Shown: piece by piece, positions 19,965 through 29,625 of the stretch
How the letters are laid out: every line of letters begins with the position of its first letter
Numbering within the stretch: position 1 is the stretch's first letter
Source: an uncultured Azospirillaceae bacterium
Lineage (GTDB): Bacteria; Pseudomonadota; Alphaproteobacteria; RF32; CAG-239
Assembly (NCBI GenBank): GCA_964410325.1
Contig: CAYPFN010000001.1
Location: forward strand, 67,845-131,844
DNA: 64,000 nucleotides
Reading direction: 5' to 3'
Program-made: the position numbers and the translations under genes
The notes under the pieces: model-generated
Databases searched by the model: none
Told to the model about the DNA's origin: nothing
The model's input: only the letters and a program-made list of their open reading frames with translations

Positions 19965-21320
19965 ATGAAAAAGACTTTTTTATTAACTTTGCTGGCAGTA
20001 ACAGCTTTAACGCCTGATGTCGGAGCTGTTACGATTTTTGAGGCCATGGGCAACGCCTATACCAACAATCCAACTTTGCAGGCGCAAAGAGCGTATCTGC
20101 GTGCCGTAGATGAAAATGTGGCAATTGCTAAATCTGGGTTTCGCCCTACGATTGCTTTGGAAGGGAATTATTCCGATTCGCATATTCACAATGATGTCTA
20201 TCCGGTAACGACCGATGGTTATGACGAATCGATTTCAGCCGTTATCAGCCAGCCGATTTTTAATGGTTTTTCAACTTGGAATTCTGTTAAAGCTGCTGAT
20301 AATACGGTTAAAGCTGAGCAGAGCAATTTATATAATGTTGAACAACAAATTCTTTTAGAGGCGTCAACGGCATATTTAAATGTCGTCCGGGATAAGTCGA
20401 TTGTTGACTTGCAAGTTAATAATGAAAAACTGCTGAAAAAGCGGATGGAAGAAACCAGAGAACGTTTTAATGTCGGCGAGGTTACGCGTACGGACGTTTC
20501 GCAAGCCGAAGCCCGTTATTCGCAAGCGCGTTCCGACCGCATTGCAGCCGAGGGCAATCTTGCGGCATCCAAGGCCATTTATATTCAGGTTATTGGCGCT
20601 GAACCGATTAATTTGGAAGAGCCTGTGGGTATTGCCGAAATGTTTCCGAAATCTATGGAAGAAGCAATCAGTTATGCCCGTGAGCATAACTATGCTTTGA
20701 AAGCGGCTAAAAGCAGCTTAAATGCTCAGATTTATACTGTATCGGCCAATACTGGCGCTTTACTTCCGCAAGTAAATTTTGAGGCGGCAGCAGTTCGTGG
20801 GCAAACACGAGATTTGGAAGGAAAAGATCCGGAAACCAACAGCTTTACCTGGGGGGTAAACATGACGGTTCCGTTGTATGATGCTGGCGAAAACCGTGCC
20901 CGCATCCGCCAAAGCAAATATCAAAAATGGCAGGCTCAGGAGGCAGTTTTGGAAGCAGAGCGGGAAATGATGTCTTCCGTTTCCAGCAATTGGGAGTATA
21001 TGATTTCCAATCAGGCAAAAATTGCCTCGGTTAAAGACCAGATTAAAGCTTACGCAATCGCGCTGGACGGCGTACAGCAGGAGGAAGCGTTAGGCAATCG
21101 TACGGTTTTAGATGTTTTGGATGCTTATCAGTATCTATTGAATTCTAATGTGGAAGAAGTGGAAGCTCAACGCGACTATTATGTTTCCGGTATGCAGCTT
21201 TTGTTATCTATGGGCAAATTAACCGCCAGAGATTTAAATTTGCCGGTTAATCTTTATGATGCTGAAACATATTCTAAGGAAACCCGCGGCAAATGGTTGT
21301 CATTATCTATTGATAAATAA
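19965..21320 (+). CDS. tolC: TolC-family outer membrane efflux protein
   Basis: 451 aa, signal peptide, two OEP repeats, TolC-like N-terminus (IFEAMGNAYTNNPTLQAQRA). Confidence 0.85.
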   Translation: MKKTFLLTLLAVTALTPDVGAVTIFEAMGNAYTNNPTLQAQRAYLRAVDENVAIAKSGFRPTIALEGNYSDSHIHNDVYPVTTDGYDESISAVISQPIFNGFSTWNSVKAADNTVKAEQSNLYNVEQQILLEASTAYLNVVRDKSIVDLQVNNEKLLKKRMEETRERFNVGEVTRTDVSQAEARYSQARSDRIAAEGNLAASKAIYIQVIGAEPINLEEPVGIAEMFPKSMEEAISYAREHNYALKAAKSSLNAQIYTVSANTGALLPQVNFEAAAVRGQTRDLEGKDPETNSFTWGVNMTVPLYDAGENRARIRQSKYQKWQAQEAVLEAEREMMSSVSSNWEYMISNQAKIASVKDQIKAYAIALDGVQQEEALGNRTVLDVLDAYQYLLNSNVEEVEAQRDYYVSGMQLLLSMGKLTARDLNLPVNLYDAETYSKETRGKWLSLSIDK

Positions 21321-21366
21321 AAAACATCTGCTATAATACCTGTAGTTTAAATAAGCAGAGAAAGCT

Positions 21367-21690
21367 ATGGCTGACGAAGAAGAAATGTCTATGGAAGAAA
21401 TTCTGGCTTCAATCCGGAATATTTTATGGGAAAAGGAGGTCGCAAAAAGCACTTCCCGTTCCTGTATTCGAGATTATGCCAAAGAAGCTGGCGGTGAAGT
21501 TTTCGAATTGACTAAAGATATGCTAGTTAAAGGCTGGGCTTTGCCATATGAATATTCTAACTGGAATTTTGATGATGTAGCAGCAAAAATTTTGCATAAA
21601 TATGCAGAGCTTTTCGCAAAAGATAAAATCGCAAAATATGAAGAGGATGCTCAGGCGTCTTCTCGAGTGCGGGCAAAGGAGGGCTCTTAA
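21367..21690 (+). CDS. Small PopZ-like (DUF2497-related) protein
   Basis: N-terminus MSMEEILASIRNILWEK matches the conserved PopZ N-terminal helix (MEEILASIRRII); EVFELTKD resembles PopZ EVLELTD; sits between tolC and valS as popZ/DUF2497 genes do in alphaproteobacteria. Only 107 aa and no clear C-terminal oligomerisation domain. Confidence 0.45.
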   Translation: MADEEEMSMEEILASIRNILWEKEVAKSTSRSCIRDYAKEAGGEVFELTKDMLVKGWALPYEYSNWNFDDVAAKILHKYAELFAKDKIAKYEEDAQASSRVRAKEGS

Positions 21691-21795
21691 AGCCGGTTTG
21701 ATTAAAGTGAGCCTTCCTTCCTTTTTGCCCTTAAACATTTTGCGTTGAGGGCTTTTGTTTGAATTTATGATGATAATAAAAATAGGAAACAAATA

Positions 21796-24435
21796 ATGTT
21801 AGAAAAAAATTATAATCCAGAAGATTTTGAAGAAAAAATTTATCAGGATTGGGAGCAATCGGGAGATTTTAAACCAGATATGCGCCAAAATTCAGAGGCT
21901 TTTTCAATCGTGATTCCGCCACCGAATGTGACAGGAATTTTGCATATGGGTCACGCTTTGGATGAGACTTTGCAAGATATTTTAGTGCGCTATAATCGGA
22001 TGTGCGGCAAAAGAGTTTTATGGCAACCTGGTACCGATCATGCTGGCATTGCTACTCAAATGGTGGTGGAACGTAATCTAGCTAAAGAAGGTCTGTCTCG
22101 GCATGATTTGGGTCGCGAAAAATTTATTGAAAAAGTTTGGAAATGGAAAGAGCAGTCTGGTGGCACGATTTGCAAACAGTTGCGTCGCCTAGGAGCCTCG
22201 TGTGATTGGAGCCGCGAACGTTTTACGATGGATGAGGGTTTGAGTCGCGCGGTGCGTAAGATATTTGTTTCTCTTTACAAAGACGGGTTGATTTTTAAAG
22301 CTAAAAAACTGGTCAACTGGGATCCCAAACTAGGCACAGCCGTATCTGATTTGGAGGTTGTCCAGAAAGAAACTATTGGTAAAATGTATTATTACCAATA
22401 TCCTATCGAGGGCGAAGAAGGCGAATACATTCATATTGCTACCACTCGTCCGGAAACAATGTTTGGCGATACGGCAGTGGCTGTTTCCAAAGAAAATGAA
22501 AAGTTGAAACATCTAATCGGTAAAAACTGTATTCTGCCGATAGTTAATCGTGTGATACCGATTATTGACGATAACCACGCTGATCCGGAAAAAGGAACCG
22601 GCGCCGTCAAAATCACTCCGGCACATGACTTTAACGACTTTGAAGTTGGCAAACGCCATAATCTGCCGATGATTAATATCTTAAATGAAGATGCTACATT
22701 AAATGAAAATACGCCGTTTGCGGGTTTAAGCACGCAGGAGGCCCGTCAAAAAACGCTTGAAAAATTAACCGAGCTTGGGCTTATGGAAAAAATAGAAGAT
22801 CATCCGATGGTTATTCCTTACGGCGAGCGTTCCGGTGTAGTTATTGAGCCGTTAATGACCGATCAATGGTTTGTTGATGCACCAAAATTGGCGGTTGAAG
22901 CAATTCGTGTGGTTGAGAGTGGCGAAATGCAGTTTGTCCCCAAATCTTATGAAAAGACGTATTTTGAATGGATGCGCAACATTCAGCCGTGGTGCATTTC
23001 CCGTCAGCTGTGGTGGGGACACCAAATGCCGATTTGGTATGGTCCGGATGATGAAATTTTTTGTGAAGAAAACGAAGCGGAGGCTCAGGCCGCCGCTGAT
23101 AAGCATTATGGCCGAAAGGTAGCCTTGACGCGTGAAACAGATGTGTTGGATACTTGGTTTTCATCGGGGCTATGGGCTTTCTCAACTTTGGGCTGGCCGG
23201 ATAATACGGAATATTTGCAAACCTTCTATCCAACATCTGTTTTGGTCACAGGTTTTGATATTATCTTTTTCTGGGTTGCCCGCATGATGATGATGAGCAT
23301 GTATACTATGAAGGAAGTTCCGTTCAAAAAATGTTATATCCATGGATTAGTCAGGGATGAACAGGGACGTAAGATGAGCAAATCCAAAGGAAATACAGTT
23401 GATCCGATGGAAACAATTGAAAAATACGGTGCTGATGCTCTGCGCTTTTTCATGGCGGCAATGGAGACCCAAGGACGCGATATTAACTTGTCTGAAGCGC
23501 GCGTTGCTGGTTATCGCAATTTTGCCACCAAACTTTGGAATGCGGCGCGTTTTTGTGAAATGAACGGTTGTGCAATGCCGGAAGGTTTTGATGCATATAC
23601 TGTTAAGTTGGAGGTTAACAAATGGATTGTTGCCAAAGCAGAAGCGGTGACGGCAGAAGTAACCAGATATCTGAATAATTTCCGCTTTTCAGACGCGGCC
23701 AATGCAATTTATCAGTTTGTCTGGGGAACGTTTTGCGATTGGTATATTGAGTTAAGTAAACCGATTTTCTATGGCGGTAACAACGAGGATATAGTTGAAA
23801 CAAGAGCAGTTGCGGCATGGGTTTTAGATCGTATTTTAGTGGTTTTACACCCTTTTATGCCGTTTATTACGACGGAATTATGGAATAATCTGACAAAGCG
23901 TAATATTAAACTTATTCATGCTTCGTGGCCGACAGTGACAAAGACAATCAATGCCGCGCCAGAGATTGACTGGGCAATTGATTTAATCACGGCGATTCGC
24001 TCTCTGCGTTCAGAGATGAATTTACCGGCCGGCGCCAAATTGCAGATCTATTTAAAAGATATGTTAGAAGTTTCAGCGGCTTATCTGCAGCGCATGGAAA
24101 CTTTGATTTGTTCGTTGGCGCGTTTGGAAAAAATCAAGCTGTTCGGTGCCGATCAGGAAATCAGTCGCGATATGGCGCAAAGCGTCTTTAAAGAAGGCGT
24201 GTTACTGTTGCCGTTAAAAGGCGTGGTTGATTTTGCCGCTGAGCGTGAACGCCTGAATAAGGAGCTCGAAAATTTGAACCGCAATTTAGAAAACTATGCT
24301 CGTAAATTAAATAATCAAAGCTTTGTGGAACGCGCACCAGCCAATATTGTGGCTGAAGAAAAACGCCGTCAGGCGGAAGCTATGGAAAATAAAGCAAAAG
24401 TTGAAGAGGCGCTGATGCGGATTGTTGGACTTTGA
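21796..24435 (+). CDS. valS: Valyl-tRNA synthetase
   Basis: 879 aa; PPPNVTGILHMGHAL (HIGH), KMSKSKGN (KMSKS), VNWDPKLGTAVSDLEV, C-terminal coiled coil. Confidence 0.9.
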   Translation: MLEKNYNPEDFEEKIYQDWEQSGDFKPDMRQNSEAFSIVIPPPNVTGILHMGHALDETLQDILVRYNRMCGKRVLWQPGTDHAGIATQMVVERNLAKEGLSRHDLGREKFIEKVWKWKEQSGGTICKQLRRLGASCDWSRERFTMDEGLSRAVRKIFVSLYKDGLIFKAKKLVNWDPKLGTAVSDLEVVQKETIGKMYYYQYPIEGEEGEYIHIATTRPETMFGDTAVAVSKENEKLKHLIGKNCILPIVNRVIPIIDDNHADPEKGTGAVKITPAHDFNDFEVGKRHNLPMINILNEDATLNENTPFAGLSTQEARQKTLEKLTELGLMEKIEDHPMVIPYGERSGVVIEPLMTDQWFVDAPKLAVEAIRVVESGEMQFVPKSYEKTYFEWMRNIQPWCISRQLWWGHQMPIWYGPDDEIFCEENEAEAQAAADKHYGRKVALTRETDVLDTWFSSGLWAFSTLGWPDNTEYLQTFYPTSVLVTGFDIIFFWVARMMMMSMYTMKEVPFKKCYIHGLVRDEQGRKMSKSKGNTVDPMETIEKYGADALRFFMAAMETQGRDINLSEARVAGYRNFATKLWNAARFCEMNGCAMPEGFDAYTVKLEVNKWIVAKAEAVTAEVTRYLNNFRFSDAANAIYQFVWGTFCDWYIELSKPIFYGGNNEDIVETRAVAAWVLDRILVVLHPFMPFITTELWNNLTKRNIKLIHASWPTVTKTINAAPEIDWAIDLITAIRSLRSEMNLPAGAKLQIYLKDMLEVSAAYLQRMETLICSLARLEKIKLFGADQEISRDMAQSVFKEGVLLLPLKGVVDFAAERERLNKELENLNRNLENYARKLNNQSFVERAPANIVAEEKRRQAEAMENKAKVEEALMRIVGL

Positions 24436-24562
24436 ACACATATATATGTCAAAAGCAGACGCTGGAATAATTGCCAGCGTTTGTTGTTAAGACGCATAAA
24501 ATACTTGTATGTTTGTAAAAAATTGCCATAGTAAAATTAGTCGAACTTTTTGAGGAGATAAT

Positions 24563-25207
24563 TTGATGAAAAAATTTTTATTATCATTTATTATGATAAG
24601 TTTTTTAGTCGCTTGCTCTACAGATCCATATACCGGCGAAAGCAAAGTTTCTAAAACGGCTTGGGGGACGGGTATCGGTACGGCCGTCGGTGCTGGTGTC
24701 GGCGCTTTGGTTGGTGGTGAAAAAGGCGCTCTGATTGGTGCTGGTGTTGGCGCAGCAACTGGTGCGGCAACTGGTGGATATATGGATATTCAGGCTCGCA
24801 AACTTCGTCAGGAGCTGCAAGGTACTGGTGTGCAGGTAGCTCGCGATGGCGATAATATCCGCTTGGTTATGCCTAATGCTATTACTTTTAATACTAATGA
24901 ATACGTATTAAAAAGCAGTGCTAATGCCGTGTTGGATTCGGTTGCAAAAGTCGCGAAAGAATATAATAAAACCACATTACAAATTTTAGGGTATACCGAT
25001 AGTACAGGAAATGATTCGATTAACATACCCCTGTCGCAGAAACGAGCGGCTGCCGTATCTCAGTATTTGCAGCTACGTGGCATTTCTGCCAGCCGCATCA
25101 GCACGGCTGGGATGGGGGCCGCTAATCCGATTGCTTCCAATAGTACGGCGGAAGGCCGTGAGCAAAACCGCCGGGTGGAAATTTATTTGATTAATAACGG
25201 CAATTAG
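24563..25207 (+). CDS. OmpA-family lipoprotein
   Basis: Lipobox LVAC, Gly-zipper region, C-terminal OmpA-like domain (GYTDSTGNDSINIPLSQKRAAAVSQYL...NRRVEI). Confidence 0.8.
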   Translation: MMKKFLLSFIMISFLVACSTDPYTGESKVSKTAWGTGIGTAVGAGVGALVGGEKGALIGAGVGAATGAATGGYMDIQARKLRQELQGTGVQVARDGDNIRLVMPNAITFNTNEYVLKSSANAVLDSVAKVAKEYNKTTLQILGYTDSTGNDSINIPLSQKRAAAVSQYLQLRGISASRISTAGMGAANPIASNSTAEGREQNRRVEIYLINNGN

Positions 25208-25628
25208 AAAAACACGGCAAACGCTGAAGAATATAATTTTTTGAGGGACACCCTCTGGTAATTATGCTGAGGGCGTCCAGTGAAAATTTGACAGCTTGCA
25301 ATGTCTATAAGTAGCTGTCTTAATGAGAACTTATGCCAAATATCCAACTGAATTAAAGTTGAGATCAGGGATATACGTCCGGGACTGAGAAAGGCTTTTA
25401 TGGCATCTTATCGGGAATATAAGGATGCTTGTGCAAGATTTCAGCGGTTGAAAGCTCAAGGACTCGGTTTTCGATGAAAATACCGCTAGGTTTTGCATGA
25501 AGCTGAGAACCGGTGTATGATGTTGGATAAGAAATACAGTTTGGCAGAGTTGGTTGAAATTGCCTGTAGCTTTTATGTTGAAAAAGGTTTGGGCGATGCC
25601 GAAAAAGCCAGACAGTATTTTCTAAAGT

Positions 25629-25667
25629 AAAAAGGTTCCCCACGTAAAATGTGGGGGACCTTTTTAT
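25629..25667. terminator. Strong bidirectional intrinsic terminator
   Basis: Perfect 10-bp stem GGTTCCCCAC / GTGGGGGACC with T-runs on both sides. Confidence 0.7.
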
Positions 25668-25719
25668 TATGATATGAAAGCCTATAGCTTAGGGCAACAC
25701 CGCCTCTGGTTTATCAATA

Positions 25720-26457
25720 TTAGCAAGCTGAAATACATGTCGAACCCGAAATGCTCGTGTTTGAACAAGTGCCGTACGTACCATTATGATCGCACTCATA
25801 TTTATAACCCATTTGACAGCAACTGCAGTACGTACTGACGCACTCACTACGGTGTGAGGCCGTATAGGTGGTGTATTTTGTACAACTTCCGTTGCCGAGG
25901 TCTATTGTTTGCTTATCGTAACAAACATAGGTGTTGTTCTCGGGAGATGCTAGATCTGCACAAAGTGCGTCTAAGCTGTCAAAATTGTTGCAGCTTAGAC
26001 ACCCAGAATAGCAAGTGTTATATAAACTCCCATTATAATAAATCTCGAACTTATTTGTGCAGGTAGCGTTGCTTAAAGAATCAAAACCGTAATCAGAACA
26101 ATTTTTGCTAGGATTAAGATCTGTTTCTACACATTCTCCATTGACAAAATGCAATGACGTAGAGCATACTTGGTGAGTGCCGGTACCTGTATCTGTACAT
26201 GTATCTGTTTCTTTGACACATTTTTTATATGCAGTATCGAAAGGACAATAGAGATAATGTTCGCAGTTATCGACGTTGGAAGTGGAATAACCGAGTTCGG
26301 AACAGGTTGGCTGAGTTGTGCAGTTTAAGCTGGCGAGAGCAGAATTAATAAAAAGGAAGGGAGCTGCCACGGTTGCGGCCGCGATAAAACAACGGCAAGG
26401 GTGTTGAAAAGCCGTTGAATTGGAAGTGGCAGCATGAGAAATAAAAGGATAAGACAT
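25720..26457 (-). CDS. Secreted cysteine-rich protein (about 24 Cys in about 200 mature residues), unknown function
   Basis: ATG at 26455-26457 preceded by a perfect AAGGAG sequence (the ORF table gives a longer 26493 start). Signal peptide, then a Cys/Thr/Ser/Asn/Tyr-rich sequence (CTDTGTGTHQVC...CSCCQMGYKYEC). Confidence 0.6.
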   Translation of the reverse strand: MSYPFISHAATSNSTAFQHPCRCFIAAATVAAPFLFINSALASLNCTTQPTCSELGYSTSNVDNCEHYLYCPFDTAYKKCVKETDTCTDTGTGTHQVCSTSLHFVNGECVETDLNPSKNCSDYGFDSLSNATCTNKFEIYYNGSLYNTCYSGCLSCNNFDSLDALCADLASPENNTYVCYDKQTIDLGNGSCTKYTTYTASHRSECVSTYCSCCQMGYKYECDHNGTYGTCSNTSISGSTCISAC

Positions 26458-26819
26458 AAGAATACTCCTTAAAAAGTTGCTTACACGACTCATTATAAAC
26501 CGTTTTTTTTTTTTGCAACTTTAAAGTTAAGGGCGCAAAAAAATCCCCTCCCAAAGAATGAAAAATTTATGAGTGCCGTTTCTGTAAGGCGGGCGTGGAT
26601 GCCGAATATCATGGGTTTATAAAATAAGACATGATATTTGATGCGGATGTTTTGCATCCGATGCTGTATTTTGCAGGCATGACTTAATACTCGGCGTCTG
26701 TAGCGCCTTCGAGGGCATGATGGCGAAAGCATTTGCAAAGACGGTTTGTTTTGTTAAATAAATTTAAATAAAATTTTTATACATAAAAATATATTTATTT
26801 ATCAGCCAGAGGATTTGTC

Positions 26820-27512
26820 TTGTCAGTTTTTGAATATCAATATTTCCCAAGCACAGAATCGGCTACCCGTTTGTTGGTATTTTTACATGGGTATAACAAT
26901 ACTCGTGATGAAATGCGGCCGATATATGAATATTTGCAGCAGCTGCTACCGGATTTGGCGATTGTCGCACCAGAAGGCCGGCATACATCACAAAAAGATC
27001 CAGCACGCAAAAGCTGGTATAAGGTTTCTGGTTTTGATAGCGAAAACCGGCGTCGGTTTGAGGAAACGCCGGTTGAGGAAATTGCCCGAATTTATAATCA
27101 GGCCGGACAAAAGCTTTTTGAAACAGCGATGGATATAAATTTTTTTATTGATGATATGCAAAAAAAATATAATTTTCGGGATAGAAATACTTATATTGCT
27201 GGTTTTTCCCAAGGGGCAATGCTAGCAATCTGGTCAGCTTTGATTCGGATGCAGGAGTTAGCTGGTTGCTTTTCTTTTTCTGGACTGGCTGCAGCCGATG
27301 AACATTTGGATCATCAGATTGTTTCGCGGCCGATGGTTTATCTATTGCATGGGAAAAAAGATCAGACTGTTTTGTTTAAGTGTCTTGATTATACTAAGAA
27401 ATGGTTGCAGCAGGAAAACATTCCGGTTGCCGTTAAAGCCTTTGATACCCTCAATCATCAGATTTCCCGGGAAGAACTTGATTTTGTTTCCAGAATTATC
27501 GGGAAAAAGTAG
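26820..27512 (+). CDS. Phospholipase/carboxylesterase-family alpha/beta hydrolase
   Basis: LVFLHGYN...GFSQGA (GxSxG nucleophile elbow), 230 aa; apparent TTG start. Confidence 0.65.
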   Translation: MSVFEYQYFPSTESATRLLVFLHGYNNTRDEMRPIYEYLQQLLPDLAIVAPEGRHTSQKDPARKSWYKVSGFDSENRRRFEETPVEEIARIYNQAGQKLFETAMDINFFIDDMQKKYNFRDRNTYIAGFSQGAMLAIWSALIRMQELAGCFSFSGLAAADEHLDHQIVSRPMVYLLHGKKDQTVLFKCLDYTKKWLQQENIPVAVKAFDTLNHQISREELDFVSRIIGKK

Positions 27513-27845
27513 TTTTTCGTTTATAAATTTTTCGGAAAGTTTATGGTTCAGTTGGTGGTGATGGCGTAAAAAGCCGGTGCTTTGGCGCCTAAAATCGGCG
27601 TTCCAGCAACTAAAGCGTTCATGATGTTCTTCCTAATCGGATGGTTGAGTGGAAGACAGAAAAATTAAATCCGATCTGACCGTGATGAGGTTATTATCAT
27701 TGACGAAAATATGCTGGTTGGGTGTCATGACATAATTCTAGGCAAGGTGCAGATGTTAATTTCGCTTAATGGACAAAATTTTTGTTTGTATGGCTTGATT
27801 TTTAGTAACCATATGATAAACTAATAAAAAACAGGAGAGAAAAAG

Positions 27846-29180
27846 ATGAAAATTTATCAAGTCGGTGGTGCTGTGCGTGACAAAATTTTGGGGAAAACGC
27901 CACATGACCGTGATTATGTTGTGGTTGGTGCAACGCCCGATGAAATGCTGAAGTTGGGGTTTGAGGAAGTCGGCAAGGGTTTTCCGGTTTTTTTGCATCC
28001 GTTAACCAGAGAAGAATATGCTCTGGCGCGCAAGGAGGTTAAAACTGGTGATAAACATACCGATTTTAAATTTATTTTCGATAAGTCAGTGACCTTAAAA
28101 GAAGATTTGGAACGTCGCGATTTTACCTGCAATGCGATAGCTTATGATGAGGAAAAGGGTGAATTTATAGATTTTTCCGGCGGTAAAGATGATATTAAAA
28201 ATAAAATTCTGCGTCATGTCAATGCCGAGCATTTTGTGGAGGATCCGCTCCGGGTTTTGCGCCTTTGTCGACTTTCTGCTCAGCTGGATTTTGAAGTAGA
28301 TCCTGCAACGATTGACTTATGCCGAACAATGGTTAAACAAGGCATGCTTAAATTTTTGACGGCTGAAAGAGTGAATGGTGAGCTTCGCAAGGCTATGCAG
28401 ACACCGTCATTCTGCCGTTTTATCGGTGTGGCGCGTGAAGTTGGCGCTTTGGAAGTCGTTTTGCCCGAAATCAATGCTCTGTGGGAGATTCCCGAACGTT
28501 TGGAATTTCATCCGGAAGGCAATGTCGGCGGGCATGTCTTACAGGCGTTAGCACTGGCGAAAAACAGCTCAGAGTTGGTCAAATTCGGTATTTTGCTGCA
28601 CAATGTCGGCAAACTTTTAACGCCTGCGGAGATGTTACCTTCTCACAAAGGGCATGAACTTAGATGCCAGGAACTGGTCTACCGGATTTGCCACCGCCTG
28701 CGTATGCCGAACAAATTTCGAGATTTTGCGGTTATGGCTGCTGAACAACATATGAAATTTCGTCATATACCGGAGATGAGTCCAGAGAGTTTGTATGATC
28801 TTGCTGAAAAAATGACAATAGGGCATGTTTGTTATGTTAATGAGTATATAAAAGTTTGCCAGGCTGATTTTAAGAGTACAGTTTCTCCGAATAAGGAACA
28901 AGAAAAGGCTGATTTTGTAGCAAGTGTCAAGAAGTTGAAACTTGCCTGTGATGTTATTGAAACGGTCAGAGCCGATGAGGTTCCACATTTTGAAGAATTG
29001 CGAAAGGATAAGACTTTTAAAAAACACCTGCGGGAGTTTAAAATCGGTGTGCTGCATCAAAGACTGAAAGATTCTTACGCGGTTCAGCATTTTGAAAAAT
29101 TGCGAGAGGATGAGGCTTTTAAAGAAGGCCTGCGTTTTGAAGAACGCCTGCGAGAGTTTAAAAAAGGACGAGACTTTTAA
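27846..29180 (+). CDS. cca: CCA tRNA nucleotidyltransferase with a (degenerate) HD domain
   Basis: MKIYQVGGAVRDKILG...DRDYVVVG class II nucleotidyltransferase head. HD region reads LLHNVGK (Asp to Asn). The C-terminus carries degenerate repeats. Confidence 0.8.
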   Translation: MKIYQVGGAVRDKILGKTPHDRDYVVVGATPDEMLKLGFEEVGKGFPVFLHPLTREEYALARKEVKTGDKHTDFKFIFDKSVTLKEDLERRDFTCNAIAYDEEKGEFIDFSGGKDDIKNKILRHVNAEHFVEDPLRVLRLCRLSAQLDFEVDPATIDLCRTMVKQGMLKFLTAERVNGELRKAMQTPSFCRFIGVAREVGALEVVLPEINALWEIPERLEFHPEGNVGGHVLQALALAKNSSELVKFGILLHNVGKLLTPAEMLPSHKGHELRCQELVYRICHRLRMPNKFRDFAVMAAEQHMKFRHIPEMSPESLYDLAEKMTIGHVCYVNEYIKVCQADFKSTVSPNKEQEKADFVASVKKLKLACDVIETVRADEVPHFEELRKDKTFKKHLREFKIGVLHQRLKDSYAVQHFEKLREDEAFKEGLRFEERLREFKKGRDF

Positions 29181-29292
29181 AGAATGTCTGCGAGAGTTTA
29201 AAATCGGTGTGCTGCATCAAAGACTGAAAGATTCTTAAAATAAAGAAAACAGCCCCTTTGAGTGGAACGGTTTTCTACAGTGGTTCTTGTTT

Positions 29293-29625
29293 CTATTCTC
29301 TGTAGACACTTTCGGGTTTTCTTTCCGGATGGATGAAATAAACTTTCCGTTTCCAGTTGCGGGTGAGAAGAATTTCTTCTCTGTTCGGATAGAGGAACGA
29401 TCTTCCAACTGGGAAATTGCGTACTTCATCGTCATCGCCGAGAGTGATAGTCTTGCCGCAGGCAATGGAGGTTAGCTTTCCATCTTGGCTTTTCCAGCAG
29501 GAAATGACAGCCGTAATTGTCGGATTGGCATAGTTATTAAGATCGATTGATTTCTGATAAAAAAGTTTTCTTCGGACAACGGTTACTGCAATTTCGCCGT
29601 TTTCGGGATTCATTTTTAGTATCAT
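29293..29625 (-). CDS. Hypothetical protein, 110 aa
   Basis: ORF only; no motif recognised. Confidence 0.35.
   Translation of the reverse strand: MILKMNPENGEIAVTVVRRKLFYQKSIDLNNYANPTITAVISCWKSQDGKLTSIACGKTITLGDDDEVRNFPVGRSFLYPNREEILLTRNWKRKVYFIHPERKPESVYRE

Noticed and set aside
22841-23236. 131-aa and 84-aa minus-strand ORFs
   Set aside because: Inside valS on the opposite strand; shadow ORFs.
26458-26493. Longer start (MSRVSNFLRSIL) for the Cys-rich protein
   Set aside because: The internal ATG at 26455-26457 is preceded by a perfect AAGGAG sequence and begins the signal peptide.
27513-27845. Short minus-strand ORFs (MTPNQHIFVNDNNLITV..., MNALVAGTPILGAKAPAF...) upstream of cca, considered as a hexapeptide-transferase or gamma-carbonic-anhydrase pseudogene
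   Set aside because: The frames are interrupted after 24-31 codons and similarity is too weak to call. Treated as non-coding promoter region.
28635-29090. 151-aa minus-strand ORF
   Set aside because: Antisense within cca.
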